Shown one piece after another: positions 20,195 through 30,033 of a stretch of DNA of 64,000 nt. Under the pieces are notes generated by a model. That model was not told the origin of the DNA, ran no database searches, and was given only the letters and a program-made list of their open reading frames with translations. The position numbers and the translations under genes were made by a program. This DNA is from an uncultured Actinomycetota bacterium (GTDB taxonomy: Bacteria; Actinomycetota; Actinomycetes; DATJPE01). The stretch lies in contig CAVTPM010000004.1 of assembly GCA_963736655.1 (NCBI GenBank), positions 30,793-94,792 of the forward strand, written 5' to 3'. Positions within the stretch are counted from its first letter, which is position 1; each line of letters begins with the position of its first letter.

Positions 20195-21820
20195 TGGACA
20201 AGCCGTTCGCGATCACCCTCGACGTCGGCTCGAGCCTGGCGAACAAGACCGGCTCGTGGCGCACCGAGCGGCCGGTCTACCTCGACCGACTGCCCCCGTG
20301 CAACCAGGCCTGCCCGGCCGGGGAGAACATCCAGGAGTGGCTGTACCAGGCCGAGGACGGCGGCTACGAGGCCGCGTGGCGGGCGATCATGCGGGACAAC
20401 CCGCTGCCCGCCGTCATGGGCCGGGTCTGCTACCACCCGTGTCAGACCGCCTGCAACCGCGCCCAGCTCGACGAGGCCGTCGGCATCAACTCCGTCGAGC
20501 GCTTCCTGGGCGACCTGGCCCTCGAGCGCGGGTGGACCGTGCCCGTCGAGGTCGAGTCCTCGGGTCGGTCGGTGCTCGTGGTCGGTTCAGGACCTTCAGG
20601 GCTCTCGGCCGCCTACCACCTCACCCTGCTCGGGCATGCCGTCACCATCGTCGACGCAGGTCCCAAGCCCGGCGGGATGATGCGCTTCGGCATCCCCAGC
20701 TACCGGCTGCCGCGCACGGTCATCGACGCCGAGATCGCCCGCATCGAGGCGATGGGCGTCACGGTGCGGACCGGCCACCGGGTCGACGACGTGCTCGCCG
20801 AGATGCGCGACGGCGGGTACGACGCCGCCTTCCTCGCCGTCGGGGCGCACATCGGCAAACGCGCGTACATCCCTGCGGGCGAGACCGCGAAGATCCTCGA
20901 CGCCGTCACGCGTGCTCGCCAGCATGGAGGGTGAGGACCAGCCGCTGCTCGGCCGTCGCGTCGTCGTCTACGGCGGTGGCAACACCGCGATGGATGCGGC
21001 CCGCACGGCCAAGCGTCTCGGCGCCGAAGAGGCGATCGTCGTGTACCGCCGCACGCGGGAGCGGATGCCGGCCCACGACATCGAGGTGGAGGAGGCCCTG
21101 GAGGAGGGCGTCCTCATGAAGTGGCTGTCCACGGTCAAGCACGTGGAGGAAGGGCACCTCACGCTCGAGCGGATGGAGCTGGACGCGTCAGGGTTCCCGC
21201 AGCCCACCGGTGAGCTCGAGGAGCTCGAGGCCGACTCCTTGGTCCTGGCCCTCGGGCAGGACGTCGACCTGTCCCTGCTCGACCAGGTGCCCGACCTGGT
21301 GGTCGAGGACGGGGTCGTCCAGGTCGGACCGGACTTCATGACCGGCCACCCCGGGATCTTCGCCGGGGGCGACATGGTCCCGGCCGAGCGGACCGTCACC
21401 GTCGCTGTCGGGCACGGGAAGAAGGCAGCCCGGAGCATCGACGGCTGGCTCCGCGGCGTCCCGTCCGCCCCGACCGCGAAGCACCCGCTCGCCACCTTCG
21501 ACCTGCTCAACACCTGGTACTACGCCGATGCCCCCCACGCCATGCGTCCACGGCTGGCCGCGGCCCGCCGGACGTCGACCTTCGACGAGGTCGTCGGCGG
21601 TCTGGACGAGGAGACCGCGCTCTACGAGGCCAGGCGCTGCCTGTCGTGCGGCAACTGCTTCGAGTGCGACAACTGCTACGGCGTGTGCCCGGACAACGCG
21701 GTCATCAAGCTCGGAGCGGGCCAACGCTTCGCGATCGACTACGACTACTGCAAGGGCTGCGGCATCTGCATGGTCGAGTGCCCGTGCGGGGCGATCGAGA
21801 TGGTGCCCGAGGACATCTAG
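20194..21820 (+). CDS. GltD-like NAD(P)H-dependent flavoprotein (glutamate-synthase small-subunit fold) fused to a C-terminal 2x[4Fe-4S] OFOR delta-type ferredoxin domain; one frameshift near 20900
   Basis: [49 protein letters not shown] (N-terminal Fe-S), [17 protein letters not shown] (FAD), [16 protein letters not shown] (NAD(P)H). C-terminus [22 protein letters not shown] ... [17 protein letters not shown] gives two CxxCxxCxxxCP motifs. Confidence 0.8.
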
Positions 21821-21833
21821 CCCGGCGGAGGCG

Positions 21834-22838
21834 TCAGGCCGGGACGAGGTAGGACTCGAGACGCCGGTTCAGCGCGTCCAGCGTGGCGCGCACCACGGCC
21901 TGGCGGGCGTCGTCGCGGATCGTGCTCACCCCGGTGAGGCGCTCGGCCCCACGGCGCGTGACCAGGGAGATCTCGACGATCACGGCGCGCTGGTTGCCCA
22001 GCGGGGGCGTCTCCAGGTGCTCGAGCTCCAGCCGCATCGCCCCTCCCACGCATTGCTCGACAGCGCGCAACGTCGCCGCTGCGACCGACCGGTGCACGGA
22101 CGACGGGGTCGCCGCCCCGTCGGCGTGCCCCGTCCAACGATCCTCGCCGAACCCGAGCGTCACCTCCGTCTCGATGCCCAGGTCGGCCGCCACCAGCTGC
22201 ATGCGCGCGATGAGCAGTCGAGGTCCGCGCGGGGATGGCCCCTCGGGGACCGGGGGACGGTCGTGGTCGTCGGGCTGCGGCAGCTCCGTGCGCCCGTCGG
22301 CCGGTCGGCCTGGTCGGCGTCGTCGGCCTCGACCAGCGGCGGCACCGCGGCCAACGGTGGAACCACGGCCAACGGCGCGTACGACTCGTCCTCGACTGTC
22401 GTCGAGCGGGTCGACCTCGTCGAGGTCGACGAGCTCCTCGACGTCGTCGACGGGTCCGGTGTCGCGGGGCCAGCCGGTGAAGGGACGGCCCCCGACCGAG
22501 GAGTCGGACGGCCCGGAGGCTGCTGCCGGGTAGGCGCCCGGAGCGAACAGCGGGGACCCGGGAGCGTCGGGCACCGAGCTCAGCCTGGTGGGGGACGTCT
22601 CGTCGACGACCGACACGTTGTCGGTGTCGACGGCGAGGCCGAAGTGGTCGCGCAGGATGCGGTTGACCGCGGTGGCGACGGCCACCTCGTCGGCACCGGG
22701 CATGAGGGACAGGTGCAGGGTGCCGGCCCCCCCGAGGCGCCGGTCGGGGGTGATCGAGGCGTCGGCGACGCCGTCGACGGCACACAGTGCCGCGACGACG
22801 TCACCGGTGGAACCCGGACCCCCCTCGGCCATGACCAA
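21834..22838 (-). CDS. Hypothetical protein with two related globular halves joined by a G/R/P-rich low-complexity linker
   Basis: 334 aa ORF; N-half ...VVAALCAVDGVADASITPDRRLGGAGTLHLSLMPGADEVAVATAVNRILRDHFG and C-half ...AAATLRAVEQCVGGAMRLELEHLETPPLGNQRAVIVEISLVTRRGAERLTG. The linker is encoded by degenerate DNA repeats (22290-22400). Lies 19 nt downstream of ku on the same strand. Confidence 0.45.
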   Translation of the reverse strand: MVMAEGGPGSTGDVVAALCAVDGVADASITPDRRLGGAGTLHLSLMPGADEVAVATAVNRILRDHFGLAVDTDNVSVVDETSPTRLSSVPDAPGSPLFAPGAYPAAASGPSDSSVGGRPFTGWPRDTGPVDDVEELVDLDEVDPLDDSRGRVVRAVGRGSTVGRGAAAGRGRRRRPGRPADGRTELPQPDDHDRPPVPEGPSPRGPRLLIARMQLVAADLGIETEVTLGFGEDRWTGHADGAATPSSVHRSVAAATLRAVEQCVGGAMRLELEHLETPPLGNQRAVIVEISLVTRRGAERLTGVSTIRDDARQAVVRATLDALNRRLESYLVPA

Positions 22839-22856
22839 AGTGTGACAGGTGGGACA

Positions 22857-23745
22857 CTAGGACGCTCTGCGTGACCGAGCCTTTCGCCCGGTCGGCGTAT
22901 CCACCGCGGGGGCGGGCTCCGACTCGTCACTCTGCGTGACCGATTCGGCGCCTTCGGCGGTCTCGCCGCGGGCCCGTCTGGCCGCCTCGACGCTCGCCCG
23001 GAGAGCGGCCATCAGGTCGACCACCGAGCCGTCGTCACCCGCCTCTGACGGTCGGTGCCACGACCTCGCGACCCTCGACCTTGGCCTCGATGAGCGTCTG
23101 CAGCGCCTCCCGGTAGGAGTCGGTGTACGCGTCGGCGTCGAAGTCCCCCGAGAGCGCGGTGATGAGCGACTCCGCCATGGCCATCTCCTGGGGCCGCACG
23201 TCGACGTCCTCGTTGAGGAAGCCGAAGTCCGGGGTCCGGATCTCGTCCGGCCACAGCATCGTCTCGAGCACGAGCACGGAGTCACGCACGCGCAGGGTCG
23301 CCAGCGTCTCGCGCTGACGGAGCGCGACCTTGACGATCGCGATCCGGCCCGACGCCTCGAGCGCCTCGCGGAGCAGGACGTAGGGCTTGACGCCGATCTG
23401 CTCGGGCTCGAGGTAGTAGGACTTGGCGAAGTAGATCGGGTCGACCTCCTCCGCGGGCACGAACTGCAGCACCTCGACGGTCTTCTGCGTGGCCAGGGGG
23501 AGGTCGGCGAAGTCCTCGTCGGTGAGCACGACCGTCTCGCCGGTCGGCAGCTCGAAGCCCTTGGCGATCTCCGAGTACGGCACCTCCTCGCCGTCGGCCT
23601 CCGCGACGCGGCGGTAGCGGATCCGGCTGCCGTCACTGCGACGGACCTGGTGGAAGGCGACGTCGCGTTCCTCGGTGGCGGAGAACAGCCGCACCGGGAT
23701 GGTCACCAGGCCGAAGGAGATTGCACCCTTCCAGATCGTGCGCAC
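22857..23745 (-). CDS. ku: Ku DNA end-binding protein (NHEJ); one frameshift near 23040
   Basis: MRTIWKGAISFGLVTIPVRLFSATEERDVAFHQV... (canonical bacterial Ku N-terminus). C-terminal tail ...SEAGDDGSVVDLMAALRASVEAARRARGE...RKARSRRAS continues in ORF 22857..23636. Confidence 0.85.
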
Positions 23746-23783
23746 CCGCCCGAGGGTAGCGCCGGCCGGTACCGTCCGGAGGC

Positions 23784-24708
23784 GTGGCGGGCGAACGCGT
23801 GCAGGTCGAGGTCGACGGGCGACGGCTGTCCCTGTCCAACCTCGACAAGGTGCTCTACCCCTCGGTCGGCCTGGTCAAGGCGGAGGTCGTCGACTACTAC
23901 TCGAAGGTCGCCTCCGCCCTGCTGCCGCACGTCGCCGGTCGACCCATGACGTTCACCCGGTGGCCCGACGGCGTCGACGGGCCCGTCGTTCTTCGAGAAG
24001 AACGCCGCGCGGCACGCGCCCGACTGGGTGCGCAGGGTCCGCCTCCCCGCGCCCGGATCGGGGATGGATCGCACCACGATCGACTACGTCGTCGTCGACG
24101 ACCGTCCCACGCTCGTGTGGGCGGCGAACCTCGCGGCGCTGGAGCTGCACGTGCCTCAGTGGCGGGTCGACGCGGCGGGGCAGGTCCAGGACCCGGACCT
24201 GCTCGTCCTCGACCTCGATCCCGGACCTCCCGCGACCGTCGTGGAGTGCTGCGCCGTCGCTCTGCTGCTGCGCGACGCGCTCGCCGCCGACGGCCTGCTC
24301 GCCTGGGCGAAGACCAGCGGCAACAAGGGGCTTCAGCTCTACGTCCCGGTGCGGGAGACCTCCACCGAGCGCGCCAGCGCGTACGTCAAGGAGCTGGCGC
24401 AGCGTCTGGAGACCGCACATCCCGACCTCGTGGTCTCCCGGATGACCAAGACCCTGCGCCCCGGCAAGGTCTTCGTCGACTGGTCGCAGAACAACGGGGC
24501 CAAGACCACGGTGGCGCCGTACTCGCTGCGGGCGCGGGCCACCCCCACGGTCTCGACCCCGGTCACGTGGGAGGAGGTCACGGGGTGCCGCGCGCCCGAG
24601 GACCTGCGCTTCACGGCCGACGAGGTGCTCGACCGCCTGGACCGTCACGGCGACCTGCTCGCCGGGCTGGCGGGGCCTGACCGACCCTCGGTGCCGCCGG
24701 GGGCTTGA
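23784..24708 (+). CDS. Stand-alone LigD polymerase/primase (PolDom) domain protein; no ligase or phosphoesterase domain in this gene; one frameshift near 23970
   Basis: ...VEVDGRRLSLSNLDKVLYP...RWPDGVDGP then (frame change) SFFEKNAARHAPDWVRRV...DRPTLVWAANLAALELHVPQW...LVLDLDPGPPA...SGNKGLQLYVPV...VFVDWSQNNGAKTTVAPYSLRA, the AEP primase-polymerase motifs of LigD PolDom. Confidence 0.8.
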
Positions 24709-24717
24709 CCGCACGCA

Positions 24718-24752
24718 CGAAGGCCACCCGCGCCCTGAGGGCGGGTGGCCTT
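24718..24752. terminator. GC-rich hairpin (approx. 14 bp stem, gaaggccacccgcgccc-tga-gggcgggtggccttc) between convergent ligD-Pol and htrA; likely bidirectional intrinsic terminator
   Basis: An inverted repeat sits in the 100 bp convergent intergenic gap, with no T-tract as usual in high-GC actinobacteria. Confidence 0.45.
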
Positions 24753-24809
24753 CGCTCGCGGCTCCGGGACGGGCCTCGACAGCCCTCCCGGAGCGGTTCG
24801 GATCCGCCG

Positions 24810-26016
24810 TCAGGCGGTGCCCTCGTCGCTGCCGAGGGTGACGGTGGCCGTGGCCTCGTTGCCGTCACGCAGGTAGGTCAGCGTCACCTCGGTGCCGGGA
24901 GCCTGCGACCGGATGGCCGCGACCAGACCCTCAGAGCCGTCGATGACCCGACCGTCGATCTTGGTGACCACATCACCGCTGCGAAGCCCGGCCTTGGCGG
25001 CCGCGCTGCCGTCCGTGACCTCGCCGAGGGTCGCGCCGGTCCCGGTCTGGACGTCGCCCACCGTGGTGCCGAGGCGGGCGTGCGTCGCGGTGCCGGAGTC
25101 GATGAGCTCCTGGGCGATGCGCGTGGCCTGGTCGACCGGGATGGCGAAGCCGAGACCGATGCTGCCGGACTGGCCGCCGGCGGAGCTGCCGAGGGAGGCG
25201 ATGGCGGAGTTGATCCCGACGAGGTGACCGCTTCCGTCGACGAGCGCCCCACCACTGTTGCCGGGGTTGATCGCGGCGTCGGTCTGAATCGCCTCGAACA
25301 CCGCGAGGGAGCTCGTGGCGGTCGCCTCACCAGCGGTCACGGGACGGTGCAGCGCGCTGACGATGCCCTCGGTGACGGTGCCGGACAGTCCGAGCGGCGA
25401 GCCGATGGCCAGCACCTGGTCACCCACGGCGAGGTCACCGGACGTGCCGAGGGTGATCGGCTTGAGGTCGTCGAGCCCGTCGACCTTGATGATCGCGAGG
25501 TCGGTGGCGGGGTCGAGTCCGACGATGGTGGCCGCGGCGCTGCGTCCGTCCTGAAGGACGACCGTGAGCGAGCCGCCGTTCTCACCGAGCACGGCGACGT
25601 GGTTGTTCGTGAGGATGTGACCTTCGGCGTCGAGGATGACGCCGGAGCCCTCCCCGCTGCTGCCCTTGATGGACACCACGCTGGGGAGGACGTCTGCGGC
25701 GACTGCGGCCACCGAGCCGTCCGCCCGCGCCACGGCGGGGGGGTTGCTCGACACCTGCTGGAGGGAGGAGGACGAGGCGGCGTTGGTCGAGTCGCCGGCG
25801 TCGCTCGCGAGGAGCACCGCGCCGGTCCCGGCCGCGCCGATCAGCAGGCCTGCGGCCAGGGCGAACGCGACGCTCTTCGAGGAGCGCTTGGCAGGGGGGG
25901 TCGAAGGTGCCGGAGGCAGTCCACGTGGTCTCGGGGAGGCCGAGGATCGGCTCCGTGACTGCGGGAGTCTCGTCGGGGCTGGGGCTGGGGGTGGGGTTCC
26001 ACGTGGTTTCGGTCAT
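24810..26016 (-). CDS. htrA: HtrA/DegP-family trypsin-like serine protease with C-terminal PDZ domain; one frameshift near 25900
   Basis: N-term [14 protein letters not shown]...TASGTFDPP is in ORF 25582..26382, followed by a membrane anchor [20 protein letters not shown]. Catalytic [21 protein letters not shown], then a PDZ domain. The ATG overlaps the upstream kinase stop (ATGA). Confidence 0.85.
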
Positions 26017-27473
26017 GCATCGAGGATCGCGTCGGATGCTGAGACCACCCTGAGAGCCGTGCCAGGGGATGCTAAGAGTCGGCGGCTCCCACCAGAAGCC
26101 GTCGCGACGGGCGCGACCGGCGCACCAGGGACCACGAAGGTGACCAGGGCTCCTCCCCCGGGCGCCCGGCCGGCCGCCACGGCTCCGCCGTGGCGCTCGG
26201 CCGCCTGCCGGACGATCGCGAGCCCCAGCCCGGACCCTGGCGTCGAGCGGGCCTCCGGGGACCGGTAGAACCGGTCGAACACGTGCGGCAGATCGGCATC
26301 CGCGATTCCAGGACCCTGATCGGTCACCGTGAGACGACCGCCGCTGAGCGAGACGGTGATCGTGCCGTCGGGGGGGCTCCATCGCGCGGCGTTGTCGAGG
26401 ACGTTGGTGACCGCTCGCTCGAGCAGGGCGGCATCGCCCACCATGGGCCAGGTCTGGAGTGACACGGCGAACGTGGCGCTCGGGGCCCGCCGACGGACCC
26501 GGGTCACCGCGCGCTCGACGACCTCGGCGAGGTCGAGCGGCGCCGCGACCGACTCCGGGGGGTCCTCGCGCGCCAGCTCGACGACGTCCCCGACGAGGTC
26601 GCCCAGCTCCTCGACCTGGGCCCGGACGTCCCCGAGCAGGGCGTCGCGGTCGGCCGGGTCCAAGGTCCGACCGCCGGTCGCACCGGCCGCGTCGGACTGA
26701 GCGAGCAGGTCGAGGTTGGTCCGCAGGCTCGTGAGCGGCGTGCGGAGCTCGTGCCCCGCGTCGGCCACCAGCCGCCGCTGCCGGTCTCGCGACTCGGCGA
26801 GCGCTGCCAGCATCCCGTTGAACGTCGTCGCGAGCCGGGCCAGCTCGTCCTGCGGCGCCCCTTCCGGGATGTCCAGCGGTTCGGGGATGCCGGTCCGGCT
26901 CGCCTTCTCCGCCGCCTGGGTGAGCCGCTCGACCGGCCGCAGACCGGCCGAGGCCACGGCCAGGCCGGCGAGAGCAGCCAGTCCCACGCCGACCAGCCCC
27001 ACGAGCAGGAGCACGAGGGTCAACCGGTCCAGGGTGCGCCGCAGCTCGTCCGTCGACTGCGCGAGCACCAGGGAGAGCCCCTGGCCGATCGGCACGGCGG
27101 CCACCCGCACCTCGTTGCCGGCGGCGTCGGGCGCAGTCCGCACGGACTGGTCGAGACCTCCCTGGGCCACCGCGAGCTCGGGCTGCCCGGTCGGTGGCGC
27201 GGTCGCTCCCGAGGCGGAGAACACCCGCCCGTCGGAGCGCACCACGGCGATCTCGACGTCCCCGGCGCCGAGCGCGGCGGCGGGGATCTTGACGAGCAGC
27301 TCAGGGTTGGCCAGGGGCGAGCTGGCTGCAGCCTCCGCCCGGCCCAGGAGCCCTGCGTCGAGCTGGGCGCGCAGCTGCGTGCCGACGGTCACGTAGGCCG
27401 CGACGGCGACGAGCGCCACCCCGAAGGCCACCGCCAGGGCGACGAGCAGCGCCAACCTGGTGCGCAGGCTCAC
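26013..27473 (-). CDS. mprB: Sensor histidine kinase (OmpR-partner, MprB/MtrB-like: TM-HAMP-HisKA-HATPase)
   Basis: [28 protein letters not shown] (TM), periplasmic segment, second TM, HAMP, H-box [23 protein letters not shown] boxes LDNAARWSP...DQGPGI...GSGLGLAIV. The mprB symbol is inferred only from the RR-HK-htrA gene order. Confidence 0.75.
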   Translation of the reverse strand: MSLRTRLALLVALAVAFGVALVAVAAYVTVGTQLRAQLDAGLLGRAEAAASSPLANPELLVKIPAAALGAGDVEIAVVRSDGRVFSASGATAPPTGQPELAVAQGGLDQSVRTAPDAAGNEVRVAAVPIGQGLSLVLAQSTDELRRTLDRLTLVLLLVGLVGVGLAALAGLAVASAGLRPVERLTQAAEKASRTGIPEPLDIPEGAPQDELARLATTFNGMLAALAESRDRQRRLVADAGHELRTPLTSLRTNLDLLAQSDAAGATGGRTLDPADRDALLGDVRAQVEELGDLVGDVVELAREDPPESVAAPLDLAEVVERAVTRVRRRAPSATFAVSLQTWPMVGDAALLERAVTNVLDNAARWSPPDGTITVSLSGGRLTVTDQGPGIADADLPHVFDRFYRSPEARSTPGSGLGLAIVRQAAERHGGAVAAGRAPGGGALVTFVVPGAPVAPVATASGGSRRLLASPGTALRVVSASDAILDA

Positions 27474-28161
27474 GGGGCGGTCTCCCGCAGCACGTAGCCC
27501 ACCCCGCGGACGGTGTGGATCAGCCGAGCCTCGCCCTCCTCCTCGGTCTTGCGCCGCAGGTAGCCGACGTAGACCTCGAGGGAGTTCGCCGTGGTGGGGA
27601 AGTCGAAACCCCAGACCTCCTCCAGGATCAGGGCGCGCGAGAGCACCCGGCGAGGATGGCGGAGGAAGAGATCGAGCAGGTCGAACTCGGTGCGGGTGAG
27701 GCGCAGCGGTCGGCCGGCCCTGGTCACCTCGCGCGTCACGGGGTCGAGCACCAGGTCGGCGAAGGTCACGCGTCTCGTCCGCCGGATCCGTGCCGTCGAA
27801 GCGCCGGCGGCGCAGCAGGGCGCGCAGCCGGGCGAGCAGCTCCTCCAAGGCGAACGGCTTGGGGAGGTAGTCGTCGGCACCCGCGTCCAGGCCGGCCACC
27901 CGGTCGGCCACCGCGTCACGGGCCGTGAGCATGAGGACGGGCAGGTCGTCTCCTTGGGAGCGCAGCACGCGGCAGGCCTGCAGCCCGTCCATCCGCGGCA
28001 TCATCACGTCGAGCACCGCGGCGTCCGGACGGTCCGACAGCGATCAGTCGCAGCGCCTCCTCCCCGTCCGCGGCCGTGACGACGACGTAGCCGTTGAACG
28101 CCAGCGACCGGCGAAGCGACTCCCGGACGGCGGGGTCGTCATCGGCCACGAGGATGCGCAT
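27470..28161 (-). CDS. mprA: OmpR-family response regulator; 2-3 frameshifts
   Basis: [40 protein letters not shown], then ...[69 protein letters not shown], then wHTH ...[34 protein letters not shown]...VYVGYLRRK...[13 protein letters not shown], spread over three ORF fragments. TGA overlaps the kinase GTG. Confidence 0.75.
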
Positions 28162-28214
28162 GCACCCAGTCTCACCTACGCGGGGCGCCCGGCGGGAGAC
28201 GTCGCCACCGCGAC

Positions 28215-28228
28215 GCTACTCACGAGTA
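28215..28228. promoter_or_regulatory. Perfect 6-2-6 palindrome CTACTCacGAGTAG 13 nt upstream of the tetR GTG; candidate TetR operator
   Basis: Read directly from the sequence in the 79 bp divergent intergenic region between the response regulator and tetR. Confidence 0.4.
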
Positions 28229-28240
28229 GGATCCCTCGCC

Positions 28241-28873
28241 GTGACCGTCGCCGAAGAGCCCAGCGTGGGGACCGCCGCCCGCGGCACCCGTCTGCCTCGC
28301 TCCGCCCGCCGCGTGCAGCTGCTCGACGCCGCGCGCGAGGTCTTCGTCTCCCAGGGCTACCACGCCGCGGCGATGGACGACATCGCCGACCGCGCCGGGG
28401 TGTCCAAACCAGTGTTGTACCAGCACTTCCCCGGGAAGTTCGAGCTCTACCTCGCGCTGCTCGACGAAGGCGCGGAGCTCCTGGTCGACACGGTGCGCGA
28501 CGCCCTCGACTCGACCTCGGACAACAAGCAACGGGTCCACGCGACCATCGCCGCCTACTACGACTTCGTCGGCGACAACAACGGAGCGTTCCGGCTGGTC
28601 TTCGAGTCCGACCTCACCTCTCAGGAGCAGGTCCGCGCCCGCGTGGACTCGGCGAACCGACGGTGCGCCGACCTGGTCACCAAGGTCATCGCCGAGGACG
28701 CCGGGCTCTCGCCGCACGAGGCGCACCTGCTGGCCGTAGGGCTGATCGGGCTCGCCCAGGTGAGTGCTCGCTCCTGGCTCGGCGGAGACGCCGGAGTGGG
28801 CCGCGACACGGCCGTGGAGCTGTTGTTCCGGCTGGCGTGGCGCGGCATCGGCGGGTTCCCGCGTACGTCCTGA
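28241..28873 (+). CDS. TetR/AcrR-family transcriptional regulator
   Basis: ...RLPRSARRVQLLDAAREVFVSQGYHAAAMDDIADRAGVSKPVLYQHFPGKFELYLALL (TetR HTH) plus a helical ligand-binding domain. The position before DUF3107 matches Rv3208/Rv3208A of M. tuberculosis. Confidence 0.8.
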   Translation: MTVAEEPSVGTAARGTRLPRSARRVQLLDAAREVFVSQGYHAAAMDDIADRAGVSKPVLYQHFPGKFELYLALLDEGAELLVDTVRDALDSTSDNKQRVHATIAAYYDFVGDNNGAFRLVFESDLTSQEQVRARVDSANRRCADLVTKVIAEDAGLSPHEAHLLAVGLIGLAQVSARSWLGGDAGVGRDTAVELLFRLAWRGIGGFPRTS

Positions 28874-28932
28874 CTCCTGGCCTCGGTTAGGTTGGGGGCC
28901 GGACGACGGGCAAGCAGACGACGGAGGTCGGC

Positions 28933-29160
28933 GTGGAGGTCAAGATCGGCGTCAAGGGCGCGCCGCGTGAGCTGGTGCTGGAGACCGAGCACAGCGCTGA
29001 CGAGATCACGGCCGCGCTGACGGCCGCGCTGAGCGCAGAGGGCGGGGTCTTCGCCCTCGCCGACTCCCGTGGCCGTCAGGTCCTCGTGCCGGCGGACAAG
29101 CTGGCCTACGTCGAGATCGGCGAGTCCGAGGCCCGCAAGGTCGGTTTCGGCACCCTCTGA
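28933..29160 (+). CDS. DUF3107 small protein (TB9.4-like)
   Basis: 75 aa MEVKIGVKGAPRELVLETEHSADEITAALTAALSAEGGVFALADSRGRQVLVPADKLAYVEIGESEARKVGFGTL. GTG start follows a GGAGG RBS. Confidence 0.7.
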   Translation: MEVKIGVKGAPRELVLETEHSADEITAALTAALSAEGGVFALADSRGRQVLVPADKLAYVEIGESEARKVGFGTL

Positions 29161-29268
29161 CCAACAGCGCCCTCGGCACCCGGTCGCGACCCCGGGTCGG
29201 CCGCGACGCGTGACACCCGACGCGCCCGCTTACCGCGTCAGCGCGCGCTCCCGTGAGACGGTCGATGC

Positions 29269-30033
29269 GTGTCCTCGACGCCGCTGCTGCGCCTTCACTT
29301 CGACCCACGGGGCGACCTCCTCGAGGAGGCACGTGCCTGCGAGTCCGACGTGTTCCTCCAGTGGTACGGGAACACGCGCGCCCAGCTCAACGAGGAGTAC
29401 GGCGGCTACGAGCCGTCGTCGGTGTTCCTGGCGCTCGCCGACGACGAGGGCGACGTCCTCGGCGTCGCACGGCTCATCAGCCCCAGCAGTCGGGGACTGA
29501 AGACGCTGGTCGACCTCGAGCGACCGCCCTGGGAGCTCGAGGGTCGACGCAGTGCCGCCACCGCTGGTCTCGACCCGACCAGGACCTGGGACGTCGGGAC
29601 CCTCGGGATCCGGTCAGGACTCGCCGGGAGGGGCGCGCACACGGCCGCCTCCCTCTATCACGGCCTGGTTCTGACAGCGCGGGCCAACGACGTGCGTTCG
29701 TTCGTCGGCATCCTCGACGACCGGCTCAGACGCCTCCTGCTGTCGATGGGGATCGTCCTCAACACCCTGCCGGGGGCGGGGTCAGGCGCCTACCTCGGAT
29801 CGCCGAGGAGCACGCCGATCTACGCCCACTTCGCGGCGCTGCTCGACCACCAGCGCCGCGTGAACCCCGAGGCTCATCGACTCGTCACCCTCGGGGCGGG
29901 CTTGGACCTCGTCACCCCGGACCCGAGGGCCTTCGTCCTTCGGCCGAAGGTGGTCGACCTCACGGGTCTGACCGAGAGCTCAGCCGAGCTGTCCGACGCC
30001 CTGACCGGCTCGGGCCCGAGTGAGTCCCGCTGA
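29269..30033 (+). CDS. Hypothetical protein, possibly GNAT-fold N-acyltransferase-like
   Basis: 254 aa ORF with GTG start. The other frame over this span (29253..30023) is Arg-rich junk. The 3' end overlaps the convergent GGDEF-EAL gene by ~50 nt. Confidence 0.45.
   Translation: MSSTPLLRLHFDPRGDLLEEARACESDVFLQWYGNTRAQLNEEYGGYEPSSVFLALADDEGDVLGVARLISPSSRGLKTLVDLERPPWELEGRRSAATAGLDPTRTWDVGTLGIRSGLAGRGAHTAASLYHGLVLTARANDVRSFVGILDDRLRRLLLSMGIVLNTLPGAGSGAYLGSPRSTPIYAHFAALLDHQRRVNPEAHRLVTLGAGLDLVTPDPRAFVLRPKVVDLTGLTESSAELSDALTGSGPSESR

Noticed and set aside
18066-21119. 1017 aa + ORF across porA/porB/gltD-like
   Set aside because: Only short segments (porB N-terminus) are genuine. The remainder is an R-rich off-frame reading of porA and the gltD-like gene.
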